Positions 53,361 to 63,172 of a DNA stretch of 64,000 nt are shown here, in pieces. Numbering within the stretch: position 1 is the first letter of the stretch; each line of letters starts with the position of its first letter. The translations under genes and the position numbers were made by a program. The notes beneath the pieces were generated by a model that was not told the DNA's origin, made no database searches, and was given only the letters and a program-made list of their open reading frames with translations. This DNA is from a virus: positions 427,585 through 491,584 of IMG/VR virus record IMGVR_UViG_3300035182_002586; one strand, 5' to 3'.

Positions 53361-53567
53361 ATGACCCTCCTCGAAGAACTTGAAGAGATCCGCAAGAGGC
53401 TCCGCGCCATCGAGCCCAAGGACTGCTGCAAGAAGCAGCCGATGGTGGCGGCGGGCAAGACCGAGATGCTCTGTGGGCCCGACTGCTCCTGGATGCAGCT
53501 CGAAACCGCGCTGATGTACGTCATCCTCGACGCTGAGCAGAGAGAGAAGCAGTCGCGCGGTGTATGA
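53361..53567 (+). CDS. hypothetical protein 68 aa
   Basis: ORF-track frame. Confidence 0.5.
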   Translation: MTLLEELEEIRKRLRAIEPKDCCKKQPMVAAGKTEMLCGPDCSWMQLETALMYVILDAEQREKQSRGV

Positions 53568-53711
53568 ACGAGGGGTGCCGTACCCTCCCCGCAAGTGGAT
53601 CGAGAAGTGGTCCTACGATCACCCGTGGCAGGCGGCCGTCCTGTTGGTCGTCTGGCTCGGGATCGTCGCCACCTTCCTCTGGATGCTGATCACCGGACCC
53701 TGAGGTCCCCC

Positions 53712-53999
53712 ATGTTCGAGATGCGAAAAGTCCGCGAGCGGGTGATGGCGAAGGCTCGGGTTCTCCGGGAGCCTGGCGAGGACTTCCTGCACGAGCAGTA
53801 CTCCACCGAGGTCTACCGAGAGCTGGAAGAGGTGCACAAGAAGGTGACCGTGGCGGGCGAAGCCCTGCGCTCGACCCTTCGGTCCATCGTCACCGCCAAC
53901 ATCCCCGGGAAGGGGGTCACCGTCGTCGATGCGGAACGCGTCAACGAGGCCCTGCGCGGCGTCGAAGCCCTCCTGGCCGAGGTCCGGGGGCTCCGATGA
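53712..53999 (+). CDS. hypothetical protein 95 aa
   Basis: ORF-track frame. Confidence 0.55.
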   Translation: MFEMRKVRERVMAKARVLREPGEDFLHEQYSTEVYRELEEVHKKVTVAGEALRSTLRSIVTANIPGKGVTVVDAERVNEALRGVEALLAEVRGLR

Positions 54000-54148
54000 G
54001 GGTCCGCCTCTACGTCCGGCTGTACAGCATGTGGTGGCACACGGCGCCATCGAACCCACGCGCCGACAACCTGTGCCTCTGCATGAACAACCGGTGGTCC
54101 CGGATGACCCCCGAGGAGCGAGCCCTCGCTCGGTCGCTGGAGACCCGA
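53996..54148 (+). CDS. small protein ~50 aa (missed by ORF track)
   Basis: ATGA overlaps on both ends. Confidence 0.3.
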
Positions 54149-54378
54149 TGAACAGCGGCAAACACCCCGACGACTGTGGATGCTCGACCGGCATCCACGA
54201 GGGGATCACCTTCGGGCGGGGTCGCCTCGACTTCAACGGGTTCTGGGAGTTCCCCTGCCGCCCCTGCGCCGTCGCGTGGGACAAGGCCCACCCGGACGAC
54301 TCCCACGGGCCAGCATGGCCCTACGACGACGGCCCCTACGAGCCGGTCGACGAAGCTCGATTCCCGTTCTCGCGCTGA
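54145..54378 (+). CDS. hypothetical protein 77 aa
   Basis: ATGA overlap. Confidence 0.5.
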   Translation, partial: PMNSGKHPDDCGCSTGIHEGITFGRGRLDFNGFWEFPCRPCAVAWDKAHPDDSHGPAWPYDDGPYEPVDEARFPFSR

Positions 54379-54386
54379 GGAGCCTC

Positions 54387-54779
54387 ATGACCCCGTACCC
54401 GAAGGCCGACATATCGTTCGACGAACTCCCCATCACGCGCACGCACCTGCGCATGAAGCTGACGTGGGGGCTACCGGTCACGCCGACAACGACGTGCCAG
54501 GAGATCATCGCGCAGCACGCTGCCGCGTTCACGCACGCGGATACAATCGCGGACGGCTACGGCAACGCCATCATCAGGTCGCAGAAGGAACGGTGCCCCG
54601 ACGTGACCAGCTCGTTCCGCGAGGAGAGCGCGAGCGTCTCGATGCAGGCAACCAATGGAGAGCTTCTCTTCACCGCGACCGTGATCCTCAAGTTCGAGGA
54701 GCGTGTGACGATGAAGGACCGTGTTCCCGCGCGGGACTACCTGAAAACGGTCGCCAGCCGCATTATCGAGAGCATGTGA
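54387..54779 (+). CDS. hypothetical protein 130 aa
   Basis: ORF-track frame. Confidence 0.55.
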   Translation: MTPYPKADISFDELPITRTHLRMKLTWGLPVTPTTTCQEIIAQHAAAFTHADTIADGYGNAIIRSQKERCPDVTSSFREESASVSMQATNGELLFTATVILKFEERVTMKDRVPARDYLKTVASRIIESM

Positions 54780-54823
54780 GGGTCGGGTGATGGATCGGGG
54801 CCGGGTCGCGTTGTACTAGGACC

Positions 54824-55015
54824 ATGACCCCGACCCTCGTTCCGGTTCCCTCGTGCGGCATGTTCGTGACGCTCGCCGACGACGGCAAGACCATCCTCTG
54901 CGCCCCGGAGAACCTCGACGGCACCCCGGACATGGACTCGCTCTGCGAGATGGACATGATCTCGGCCGAAGACAGCACGATCGCCGCCGCCAAGGCCGCC
55001 CTCGGTCTGGTGTGA
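54824..55015 (+). CDS. hypothetical protein 63 aa
   Basis: full motif GGTGATGGATCGGGG-N-GTTGTACTAGGACC-ATG. Confidence 0.65.
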   Translation: MTPTLVPVPSCGMFVTLADDGKTILCAPENLDGTPDMDSLCEMDMISAEDSTIAAAKAALGLV

Positions 55016-55029
55016 CCGTGGATCGCATG

Positions 55030-55179
55030 GACCGTCTCGGGTTCTGCCTCTTCTGCGGGGTCCTCGCGGGTGCACTGGCCGTCGTGCTGCCCCAAATGGC
55101 CGCGTTCGCCGTGATCGCCCTGCTGGTCACCAAGCTCGTGTGGGAAGGGCTCAAAGCCCACGATCAGATCAAGCCGTGA
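55030..55179 (+). CDS. small membrane protein ~49 aa
   Basis: hydrophobic LGFCLFCGVLAGALAVVL. Confidence 0.3.
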   Translation, partial: DRLGFCLFCGVLAGALAVVLPQMAAFAVIALLVTKLVWEGLKAHDQIKP

Positions 55180-55185
55180 GGGAAC

Positions 55186-56043
55186 ATGCCCGCCAAGAAG
55201 TCTGAACTCAAGCCGTGGCCCGCTGATGGGTCGTACGTCCCCGCCGAGCAACTCGTCGAGGGCGTCCTCAAGCTCCTCAGGGACACGTACAAGCTCCAGC
55301 GCAAGGGCCGGACGGTCCCTCCCTACGTAGGCTACGGCCTCGGGACGAAGGACCTCGCCGGTCAGCCAAACGTCGACGAGCAGTTCCAACCGGACATGCT
55401 CGCCTACCACCGGGCGCGCGGCCGCGACATCCTGGACATCGCCGCCTACATGCTGCTGAACCTCGGCATCGAGCAAGGGCGACGGCTTGCCGCCGAAGAC
55501 AGCCGAAGTGACCTCCGAGATCAAGAGCTGATCGGCTACTGCCGTGGGCTTCTCCAGGGGCTCGACACCTCCGAGTCGAAGAAGGCCAAGCTCCGCGCGG
55601 AGACCGCCAGCACCCTCGACTTCTACAAGACGCGCCGGCCGTCCCTCATGGCCGAAGATCCGACGAAGCTCAAGCCCTTCCCCGCAGGCGATGTGGTCTT
55701 GAACGCCAAGGCTCGACAGAAGATCAAGGTCATCCGGAAGCTCTGGCAGGACCTCAGCGGCGCCAAGACGGCCGCTCTCCAGGCCGCCAAGGGTGACGAC
55801 GGAGGCTCCTGCAACTTCGACGCGTGCGCTCTCAAGGGCGGTGCGGATGTCGGCCGCGCCCTCCGACTGGCGGGCCTCACGAGCCGCTCCGGCTCGGGCC
55901 GTCTGTGGCGTGGCTACTGGCTGATCGATCCCCCCCCCCCCGTCAACGGCCAAGCCGCCGTTCGCACGCGGCAGGCCGAAGCCATGGAGAAGCACCTCAA
56001 GGCGCTCAAGTACGAGGTCACCGTCTACTACCAGGCGGACTGA
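55186..56043 (+). CDS. hypothetical protein 285 aa containing a C12 homopolymer (PPPP)
   Basis: ORF track. Confidence 0.7.
   Translation: MPAKKSELKPWPADGSYVPAEQLVEGVLKLLRDTYKLQRKGRTVPPYVGYGLGTKDLAGQPNVDEQFQPDMLAYHRARGRDILDIAAYMLLNLGIEQGRRLAAEDSRSDLRDQELIGYCRGLLQGLDTSESKKAKLRAETASTLDFYKTRRPSLMAEDPTKLKPFPAGDVVLNAKARQKIKVIRKLWQDLSGAKTAALQAAKGDDGGSCNFDACALKGGADVGRALRLAGLTSRSGSGRLWRGYWLIDPPPPVNGQAAVRTRQAEAMEKHLKALKYEVTVYYQAD
55930..55941 (+). repeat. poly-C tract (12 C) inside coding sequence
   Basis: seen directly: gatcCCCCCCCCCCCCgtc. Confidence 0.8.
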
Positions 56044-56077
56044 TGGATCGCCGCCACCCTCACACTGTAGAGGGAGC

Positions 56078-56314
56078 ATGACCACGACCGACGAGAACCC
56101 CGACTTCGTGTGCTTCGGTGACGTGTGCCGCAAGCGTATCGGCATCCAGTGCCAGTACAGCCGCCACTACCTCCGAGAGCCCGGGATCGGCGAAGGCATC
56201 CGCTGGCAGGGCCGGTTCGAGGATTACCACGGGCTCACGATCCACAAGGACGACGTGGAGCTGTTCGTCGAACGCGCAATCGCGTGGCGCAGGAAGATGG
56301 GGATCATCGCATGA
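56078..56314 (+). CDS. hypothetical protein 78 aa
   Basis: full motif CTGATGGATCGCC-N-CTGTAGAGGGAGC-ATG. Confidence 0.65.
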   Translation: MTTTDENPDFVCFGDVCRKRIGIQCQYSRHYLREPGIGEGIRWQGRFEDYHGLTIHKDDVELFVERAIAWRRKMGIIA

Positions 56315-56514
56315 GCAAGCACTTCGACCACTGCAACGCCAACGGCCTGGTGGACGGGAGGATCCCGGTGGGCAAGCCCTGCCCCTTCCTCGCCAAGTGC
56401 CCGATGGCAAGCGAACGTTGCCCCGGCTTCGAGGGGCAGCTCAAGCCCGTCGCCTACTCGTGCGCCGCCGCGCGAGGCTTCTCCATCTGCATGGAACCCA
56501 AGGATCCGGTGTAA
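56311..56514 (+). CDS. Cys-rich small protein 67 aa
   Basis: ATGA overlap. Confidence 0.5.
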   Translation: MSKHFDHCNANGLVDGRIPVGKPCPFLAKCPMASERCPGFEGQLKPVAYSCAAARGFSICMEPKDPV

Positions 56515-56522
56515 AAAGAACC

Positions 56523-56960
56523 ATGACCCTCCAGACCAGCATCGACCGCCTCACGGCGATGTTCACGGCCGCCCTCCTGAACGCCATCCGAGAGACCGTC
56601 TCCAACACCTCCCTCATCGGCCTCGCGGCCATGACCGAGCCGCGACGACCCGGCCGCCCGCCCCGGTGGAAGACTGAGGCCCTGCGCACCTTCGAGAAGA
56701 CCACGGCGGTCGCCGCCGCCCCCAAGATCAAGAGGGCTCCCAAGGCCAAGCCCGTGAAGACGGAGACGGTCGAGGCGTTCACCCCGCCACCGGCTCCCAA
56801 GGCCAAGCCCGTGCCCATCGTCGGGATCGTCAAGGGCAGCCTTGTCATCACCGAGAAGGACGGCCGATTCTCCATGAAGCTGAACGGCAAGCAGTACGGC
56901 GCGTCCCGCCGTCGCGACCTCGTGCGCCAGGCGCGCCGGATCGGCGTCGCCCTGGTGTAG
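56523..56960 (+). CDS. hypothetical protein with KAKP repeats 145 aa
   Basis: ORF-track frame. Confidence 0.55.
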   Translation: MTLQTSIDRLTAMFTAALLNAIRETVSNTSLIGLAAMTEPRRPGRPPRWKTEALRTFEKTTAVAAAPKIKRAPKAKPVKTETVEAFTPPPAPKAKPVPIVGIVKGSLVITEKDGRFSMKLNGKQYGASRRRDLVRQARRIGVALV

Positions 56961-56970
56961 AAGACGGGGC

Positions 56971-57192
56971 ATGAACCACTCGAAGTTCTCCCTCGCCCTG
57001 GAAGCATTCGCCATTCGGGGCGACAGGAAGCCCGTGCTCTCCCTCACCCCGAGCGAGATCCCCCCGAAGTTCTACCCGACCGTCATCAGACTGCGCGCGT
57101 GGCCTCTCATCGAACCGAGTGTCCGGTTCACCGAGACCCGGCGCATCATGGAGCACCTCGCAACCGTAGGCGCGTGCCGCCAGGCCGCCTGA
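56971..57192 (+). CDS. hypothetical protein 73 aa
   Basis: GTAGAAGACGGGGC-ATG. Confidence 0.55.
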   Translation: MNHSKFSLALEAFAIRGDRKPVLSLTPSEIPPKFYPTVIRLRAWPLIEPSVRFTETRRIMEHLATVGACRQAA

Positions 57193-57443
57193 TGTCCCTG
57201 GAAGTTCTCCGCGAGGAGAACCCTGAGGCTCTCCTCGCGGACGGGTTTGAGGATGCGTTCCTCGGCATCTGCCGGCGTTATGGGCAGCCCGCTCTGGCTG
57301 CCTATGACCGCGCCAAGTGCATCAACATCCTCATGGTCCGCGACGGCATGACCGAAGATGCCGCTGAGGAGTTCTTCGAGTACAACGTCATCGGTGCGTG
57401 GGTGGGAGAAGGAACTCCCGTCTTCATCGAGGTCGCCCCATGA
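57192..57443 (+). CDS. hypothetical protein 83 aa
   Basis: TGATG overlap. Confidence 0.5.
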   Translation: MSLEVLREENPEALLADGFEDAFLGICRRYGQPALAAYDRAKCINILMVRDGMTEDAAEEFFEYNVIGAWVGEGTPVFIEVAP

Positions 57444-57844
57444 GCCACTGGGATACGTGCGAACACTGCCGAGCGAACTTCCAAGAACCGCCCGGCGTCG
57501 TGCACATCTACGGGCAGCATAGCTGGCACGGGGAAGCGTATATCGTCGCGGACGAGAAGGGTCTCACCCTTGTCCGCGACGCCATCAACCGGGCCCTCGC
57601 CGAAGGCCAGGCCCACGTGGGGCTCTCCCCCGCCGATGGGGAGGGCTTCCTCCTCTACGTCGTCAAGCACGACACCGAGCGGATGGACAAGCTCACGCTG
57701 CCGTACCCCGAGCACCCGGGGTCGGAGAAGACCCACCGCCCCCCGTACAGCATCGTCAAGGAACCCACGGACGGGGTAGAGGACGAGATCCTCGGGGACG
57801 ACGAGTGGTTCGAGTTCATGCGCAGAACGGGGATGATCGAATGA
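57440..57844 (+). CDS. hypothetical protein 134 aa
   Basis: ATGA overlap. Confidence 0.55.
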   Translation: MSHWDTCEHCRANFQEPPGVVHIYGQHSWHGEAYIVADEKGLTLVRDAINRALAEGQAHVGLSPADGEGFLLYVVKHDTERMDKLTLPYPEHPGSEKTHRPPYSIVKEPTDGVEDEILGDDEWFEFMRRTGMIE

Positions 57845-58140
57845 GCACCGAAGACACCAAGGCCCTGATCGCCCGCCTGCGGGAGCTGCGGGCGAAGACG
57901 CCACAGGGCACGTGGATGACGTACTCCGAGGAAGGCCCCTACCAGGGCACGACCCGACAGACGCACTCCGTCTGCATCTACGACCCGACCTTCAATCACG
58001 ACGAAGACCACGTGTGCGTCACCACGGGCGTCGGAGACGACGAAGAGCAGGCACGCAACGTCGCGATCTTCATCGCCGAAGCCCACACCGCGCTCCCCCG
58101 CCTCCTCGACGAGCTGGAAGCGGCACTGGCGGGCAAGTGA
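57841..58140 (+). CDS. hypothetical protein 99 aa
   Basis: ATGA overlap. Confidence 0.5.
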   Translation: MSTEDTKALIARLRELRAKTPQGTWMTYSEEGPYQGTTRQTHSVCIYDPTFNHDEDHVCVTTGVGDDEEQARNVAIFIAEAHTALPRLLDELEAALAGK

Positions 58141-58388
58141 CGAGGAACAGCTTCGACGTGCTATCCCGTCCCATGGGCGGGCTCAAGGTGCTGTTCGCCA
58201 AGTGCAGTGATGGGGTCGTCCACGCCTTCGGCCTGAACGGGGACAAGGTGGAGGCCACGCCTGCGTGCAACGCCGAGGTCGGGAGCAAGCGCGTCCCCGC
58301 CACCGATGCTGACCCCGCCTGCGAGAGCTGCGGGGCTGCTGCCGAAGCGTGGGCTCAAGGCGCGCCCCTCCGGATGATCCAAACCTGA
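58137..58388 (+). CDS. hypothetical protein ~83 aa
   Basis: GTGA overlap. Confidence 0.45.
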   Translation: MTRNSFDVLSRPMGGLKVLFAKCSDGVVHAFGLNGDKVEATPACNAEVGSKRVPATDADPACESCGAAAEAWAQGAPLRMIQT

Positions 58389-58422
58389 TGGATCGCCCCT
58401 AACCACACGAGGTAGAGGGATC

Positions 58423-58638
58423 ATGCCGACTGCCACCGTGTGCGCGAATGACCGTGGGGAACGGTACGTCGAGGCCGAGTGCAGCGGCTACACCTTCCAG
58501 TACAGGTCCGACGAGCTTCCCTCCGAAGGCACGGAGGTCGAGGTCGAGACCTACATGGGCATCGGGGACGTGTACTGCGCCGACATCACCTGGACCGACT
58601 TCGAGAGCCGCTACCACATCACCGCGACCGGCTGGTGA
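58423..58638 (+). CDS. hypothetical protein 71 aa
   Basis: full motif CCTGATGGATCGCCC-N-GAGGTAGAGGGATC-ATG. Confidence 0.65.
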   Translation: MPTATVCANDRGERYVEAECSGYTFQYRSDELPSEGTEVEVETYMGIGDVYCADITWTDFESRYHITATGW

Positions 58639-58888
58639 GCGGCTTCGCGCAGAACGCGCACGCCCCGTCCTTGACGTAGCTCCCGTGCCCGTCCAGACGC
58701 CCGTTAGGCGTGATGCAGGATACGAGGTCCCACTCCCCACGGGCCACGAGGTTCGCAGCAGCGATCACCGCCGTCATGCTCCCCTCGGCCACCACCTGGA
58801 GTTCCCTCAAAGGCTGGTGTTTGGGCTCCGGCGCGCGGCACAGACTCGCTCGACCACCACCCAAGTCGATCACCACGTACGGCTTCAT
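58619..58888 (-). CDS. hypothetical protein 89 aa
   Basis: ORF track. Confidence 0.5.
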   Translation of the reverse strand: MKPYVVIDLGGGRASLCRAPEPKHQPLRELQVVAEGSMTAVIAAANLVARGEWDLVSCITPNGRLDGHGSYVKDGACAFCAKPLTSRSR

Positions 58889-58889
58889 C

Positions 58890-59843
58890 CTAGGACCCCT
58901 TCACCCGAAGACGGCGAATCTCCTCGATGAGCACGGGTAGATCGTCGAGAGCTTGATAGGCCGTCGCGATGTCCGCGTCGTTGTCCAGGGCGAAGCCAGG
59001 GACCCGGGCGCTGACTGCCCGCTCCGTGATGGCAGCCAGCGCTTCCTCCGAGAGCGGGACCTCCCTCGCCTTGAACCGCTCGACCTGGTAGCGACCACGA
59101 AGCTCCAGGAGGCACATCACGAGCATCTGGCAGCGAGACCCTGTGTAGTGCTCCAGCTCGTGGATGGCATCGTCCAGCGTCTCCCACCGCTTGGGGTCCG
59201 TGATGGCTTCCGCTAGCGGACGGGGCTCCCCCTCCATCGCTCTCACGATGCGCTGCGTGCGCTCCACGACGGCCGCTGCACTCGCAGGGTCGACGACCAA
59301 GGGGTGACGAATCACCACGGCGTCGAGGTTGGACGCACCCCCTTCGATGTCTTCGTCCCCGCACCCCGCCTCGCGCGCACGTGCGAGATCTTCCGAATCC
59401 GGCTCATAGTCGTCGGTGTCCGGATAGTCGGGGTAGTCGTAGTCGTCCCGGTCGTCCATGGGTCGAGAGTCCCCCTGACACTCTTCACATGCCGTCGCCT
59501 CCCACAGGTGCTTGGAGTAGACGCGACGCCCGGGCTTCCCGCACTGCTCGCACGTCTCGCCGCTCCGGTCGATGGCCTCCTTGACGATGGCCTGGACCTC
59601 GGGCGTGCCGCCGAAAGGTTCATCGGAGATCCTCGTGGGAACCATGTTGAGGGTGGCGTACTTCTCCTTGATGTACGTGAACGACGCCCCGAGCTTCTCC
59701 GCCTTCGCCCCGAGGTCCATCAGGATGGCTTCCCACCCCTCGTCGTGGGCGAAGTGGCAGTTGCCGTAGACCGTCGGGTACGCCGCGCGCAACCGCGCCG
59801 TCATCGTTGCAAGCTGCTTCGCGGACTCTTCGTGCGTCTTCAT
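58890..59843 (-). CDS. hypothetical protein 317 aa
   Basis: GGTGTAGCCCTCTACGCG-ATG. Confidence 0.65.
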   Translation of the reverse strand: MKTHEESAKQLATMTARLRAAYPTVYGNCHFAHDEGWEAILMDLGAKAEKLGASFTYIKEKYATLNMVPTRISDEPFGGTPEVQAIVKEAIDRSGETCEQCGKPGRRVYSKHLWEATACEECQGDSRPMDDRDDYDYPDYPDTDDYEPDSEDLARAREAGCGDEDIEGGASNLDAVVIRHPLVVDPASAAAVVERTQRIVRAMEGEPRPLAEAITDPKRWETLDDAIHELEHYTGSRCQMLVMCLLELRGRYQVERFKAREVPLSEEALAAITERAVSARVPGFALDNDADIATAYQALDDLPVLIEEIRRLRVKGS

Positions 59844-59864
59844 CGCGTAGAGGGCTACACCGGA

Positions 59865-60116
59865 TCAGCAGTGGAGCATTGAGGAAAGGAACACCCCGAG
59901 GACGATCCCCCACGAGAAGATGAGCAACGCCTGCTTCGTCGTGTACCCGGGAGGCTTCGGGGGGTCCGGCCACTTCAAATCGTCGGGCGTCGGCGCGGGC
60001 GGCGGAAGCGTGTACATCGGCTTCCGTGAGGTCGGTCGAGGGTCGTATCGATCCTGGCAACGCGGACACGGGATCACTCTCCCGCACGTGTTGCAACGGC
60101 CCTCGTCCCAGGCCAT
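59865..60116 (-). CDS. small zinc-finger protein with C-terminal membrane anchor
   Basis: CNTCG..CPRC; hydrophobic C-terminus. Confidence 0.45.
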   Translation of the reverse strand: MAWDEGRCNTCGRVIPCPRCQDRYDPRPTSRKPMYTLPPPAPTPDDLKWPDPPKPPGYTTKQALLIFSWGIVLGVFLSSMLHC

Positions 60117-60382
60117 CAGCCGGGCCCACACGACTGGATGTACACGCTCACCGGGATCGCGCGACTCACCACCCACGAAGGCTCGAAGAAAAGGCTCCCC
60201 TTGGGGTCGAAGGTGTTAGGGTTCGGCCACCCCCACACGCGCGCAAGTCGTGTCGCCGCCTTCCCCATGAGCGTCCGCTCGATGTACTCGGCCAGGGTCT
60301 CCCCCGGCTGATAGCACCCGTAGAAGTCCAAGTGGCTCTCCACCACAGGCTTCAGATCGAGAGAGCGGGAAGCGTTTGACAT
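60116..60382 (-). CDS. hypothetical protein 88 aa
   Basis: GGTGTAGGATCCTCTGTG-ATG. Confidence 0.5.
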   Translation of the reverse strand: MSNASRSLDLKPVVESHLDFYGCYQPGETLAEYIERTLMGKAATRLARVWGWPNPNTFDPKGSLFFEPSWVVSRAIPVSVYIQSCGPG

Positions 60383-60393
60383 CACAGAGGATC

Positions 60394-61341
60394 CTACACC
60401 GCAGGAGCCGGGAATGATGCGATCAGAGCACGCATAGCATCTTCCGCGACCTTGATCCCGTCCGCGTATACCCCACCCATGACGCGTCCGCGCACGGATT
60501 GTGTGTCGTACTTGCTGCTCCCGATGTTCCGGGTCACGTCCCAATAGGCCCACCGAACCCCGGAACCGTCGTTCAACCCCTCGCAGTTCTCGGACACCCC
60601 GATCGCCGTGAGGCTCCAACCCTGGAGGACAGTCCAGCACCCACAGAGGAACCGGCTCTCGTCCGCCATGGGGATCCCGTAGCCTGCGGCCGCAGCACGT
60701 GCCTGTGTCTCCGCCTCTTCCCACGTCCCCGCGCTGCCTGTCAGACGGTCCCGGGGCGGGCCGTCAGGTGGGTTCACGACGTGCGGCTTCACGCTCCACT
60801 CGAAGGTCTGCCGGACGGGCACACGGCAAAGAAGCTCCTCCCACCCTCCAACCGGGAACTCCCCCATCTGCACCCTATCGTCGTAGAGCTTCCGGAGCCA
60901 GGCGGTGTCCCGCATCGTGTGCTTGACCTCCACCTTCCCCGCCTCGTTGCGCCACGTCGTGGAGGCGTGCGTCTGCACACCCCCGGCGAGGAACGACCAA
61001 GGCTTGTCCCGACGAAGTTCCTCGGAGAGCCCGTGGATCAGCAGGCCGGCACGCGCGATGGGATGCGCGCCCCGCTCGATCCTGTCGAGATCCTGCGTCA
61101 GCTCAGTTCTATCGTGGAGACGCCAGTAGCTCACGATCCACTGGAGGAAGGATTCCCCCACCAGCATGGCCCCGTCCCGCACCGAGGTCCCACGGTAGAT
61201 CGCATCTCGCACCTCGGGCGGAGCCCGGCGACGCAGCTCCAAGACCGCATCACGGTACGTCGCCGGGATGTTCTCCGTCCCGTCCGCTGTCCGGTCCATC
61301 AGCGGAGCGAGAGAGTCCTCTAGCAGCAAACGCTCGTACAT
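60394..61341 (-). CDS. hypothetical protein 315 aa
   Basis: internal ATG with GGTACACCCGGAGAAGCG-ATG. Confidence 0.6.
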   Translation of the reverse strand: MYERLLLEDSLAPLMDRTADGTENIPATYRDAVLELRRRAPPEVRDAIYRGTSVRDGAMLVGESFLQWIVSYWRLHDRTELTQDLDRIERGAHPIARAGLLIHGLSEELRRDKPWSFLAGGVQTHASTTWRNEAGKVEVKHTMRDTAWLRKLYDDRVQMGEFPVGGWEELLCRVPVRQTFEWSVKPHVVNPPDGPPRDRLTGSAGTWEEAETQARAAAAGYGIPMADESRFLCGCWTVLQGWSLTAIGVSENCEGLNDGSGVRWAYWDVTRNIGSSKYDTQSVRGRVMGGVYADGIKVAEDAMRALIASFPAPAV

Positions 61342-61359
61342 CGCTTCTCCGGGTGTACC

Positions 61360-61596
61360 ATGAGGCACATGATGCCCCCTCCGCCCAACCCCGCACGCGT
61401 CCCCGTCTTCCTCGTTCTTGAGGGACTCGACGACAAGGGGGCCACGTACACCGTGGTGGAAGCATCCGGCTTCAAGCTCGATGGTGGCACCTGGAGCATC
61501 CGCAAGGGCTGCATGATCAACGTCGTGCAAGCCGAGAAGGTCTACCTGTCCAGGGGCGCCGCCGAAGCGCGCATCGAGGAGCTGCGTAAGAGATGA
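61360..61596 (+). CDS. hypothetical protein 78 aa
   Basis: GGTGTACCATGAGGCAC-ATG shares GGTGTACC palindrome with divergent 61341 start. Confidence 0.55.
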   Translation: MRHMMPPPPNPARVPVFLVLEGLDDKGATYTVVEASGFKLDGGTWSIRKGCMINVVQAEKVYLSRGAAEARIEELRKR

Positions 61597-61739
61597 CCAC
61601 CAGGGTCCAGGTCACCGTCTTCGGCGCGGCGCTCCTCGGAGCCCTGTGGTTCGGCTTCGCTGGACACCCGGTCCCCACTGCCGTCTGCATCGCCATCGCG
61701 TACTACACGAAGGAAGCACCCGTCGAGGATGAGGAGTGA
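61593..61739 (+). CDS. small membrane protein ~48 aa (missed by ORF track)
   Basis: ATGA overlaps; hydrophobic core. Confidence 0.3.
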   Translation: MTTRVQVTVFGAALLGALWFGFAGHPVPTAVCIAIAYYTKEAPVEDEE

Positions 61740-62128
61740 TGCGCCACTCATTCTCCTACCGCTTCACCCACCTCGTGACCGGGCCCTTCCCGTTCGAGTA
61801 CTGGACCTGGACAGGCAAGTCCGGCGCTCACGCGTGGAGCCGACCCAACGCCCTGTCCGCCACGATGAAGATCGCCTTCCCGAGGCACACCATCACCGGA
61901 AGCCCCACCGACGTTCGCGCCCGCTACGATGACGCGATCGCACACCTCCCCCGAGGCGTACGGACAACGATCACCGGGATCAGGGACAACGATAACGGCT
62001 CGATCGACCTCGGCACCATCGCCTGCGTGCAGGACGTTGATCTCACCGAGGACGAGTGCCCCTTCTGGTTCGAGCCACCGGAGCCTCAACCCCTGTGGGA
62101 GAAGCTCCTCGTGGACGACCCGTTCTAG
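61736..62128 (+). CDS. hypothetical protein 130 aa
   Basis: ORF track. Confidence 0.55.
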   Translation: MMRHSFSYRFTHLVTGPFPFEYWTWTGKSGAHAWSRPNALSATMKIAFPRHTITGSPTDVRARYDDAIAHLPRGVRTTITGIRDNDNGSIDLGTIACVQDVDLTEDECPFWFEPPEPQPLWEKLLVDDPF

Positions 62129-62634
62129 CCGACCGCGAACTGCCCCACGTGCTCGAACTCGGGCGGGGTCTCGATCGCCACGTACTTGCCGTCGTGGAAG
62201 CGACCGTCCTCGTGGCGCTCGCCCTTGTCGTATCGGAACCAGTACTGGTCCCGATGGAAGCCGCCGTACGCGTAGCCCATCGCGAACGACTCGATCACGG
62301 CGAAGCCGTAGCTGTACTCCCACCAGAACTCGCCGCGATCACCACTGATCGCCTCGACGGCCTCGTCGAATGTCTCCAGGATCATCACGGTCCGCGTCCC
62401 ACCGTAGCGCACGCTCGACGCGATCGTCGTCAGCGTGTACGCCCGCTTGCCCTTGAAGTCCGGGCTGAGCGGCTTCTCCGTGTGCCCCTCGGGCTTCAAG
62501 ACCGAGTTCTCGAACGCCTTGTCGTACTCCTGCTCCGCCTCGGTCCGGACCCTCGGGTCCTGCGACAGAGCGGCCGCCACGCTCGCCAGTGCGTTGTTGC
62601 TCACAACCAGCGTCGGCTCTTCCTTCTCGCTCAT
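62125..62634 (-). CDS. hypothetical protein 169 aa
   Basis: GGTGTACAAGGACCCCC-ATG. Confidence 0.65.
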   Translation of the reverse strand: MSEKEEPTLVVSNNALASVAAALSQDPRVRTEAEQEYDKAFENSVLKPEGHTEKPLSPDFKGKRAYTLTTIASSVRYGGTRTVMILETFDEAVEAISGDRGEFWWEYSYGFAVIESFAMGYAYGGFHRDQYWFRYDKGERHEDGRFHDGKYVAIETPPEFEHVGQFAVG

Positions 62635-62691
62635 GGGGGTCCTTGTACACCGCTGGATGGATCACCCCACCCCCCGCGCTGTAGAGAGGAC

Positions 62692-62880
62692 ATGGGAAAC
62701 GAAATCGTCTACATCAAGCTCCCCCCGCCCGAGAGCCCTCTCGGGGGGCTCACCGGCTTCACGTCCAAGGTCCTCGAACGCAAGAAGGGCCACGTCCTCG
62801 TGGACTACCCCCTCTCGTTCGGACACTGCACCCACCAGTGGGTCCCCGAAGCGTGGGTCGCCTGGACGCTCCCGAGCTGA
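62692..62880 (+). CDS. hypothetical protein 62 aa
   Basis: full motif CTGGATGGATCACC-N-CTGTAGAGAGGAC-ATG. Confidence 0.6.
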   Translation: MGNEIVYIKLPPPESPLGGLTGFTSKVLERKKGHVLVDYPLSFGHCTHQWVPEAWVAWTLPS

Positions 62881-62883
62881 CAT

Positions 62884-63132
62884 ATGGAAACCCCGCAACG
62901 CCCCGCTCTCCTGGTCACCGTCGACGAAGCCTCCCACACGATGCGCCGCGTCGAGAAGTCGTCGTTCCTCCGGGATCAAGGGGTCACGGTCTACACCGTC
63001 CCCTCGGAGACCCCCATCTACGTGGACGAGCGCAAGGTCCCGGCCGTGGTGCTCATGGTCCGCGCAGAGACGGACTACCTCGTCGGCGTGGGCGTCGGGT
63101 TCGTGACGCTCCTCGTTGAGGGCCTCCGCTGA
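62884..63132 (+). CDS. hypothetical protein 82 aa
   Basis: ORF track. Confidence 0.5.
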   Translation: METPQRPALLVTVDEASHTMRRVEKSSFLRDQGVTVYTVPSETPIYVDERKVPAVVLMVRAETDYLVGVGVGFVTLLVEGLR

Positions 63133-63172
63133 TTTCGGATGGATCGGTTCCCCCTCGCGCTGTAGAGGGGAC

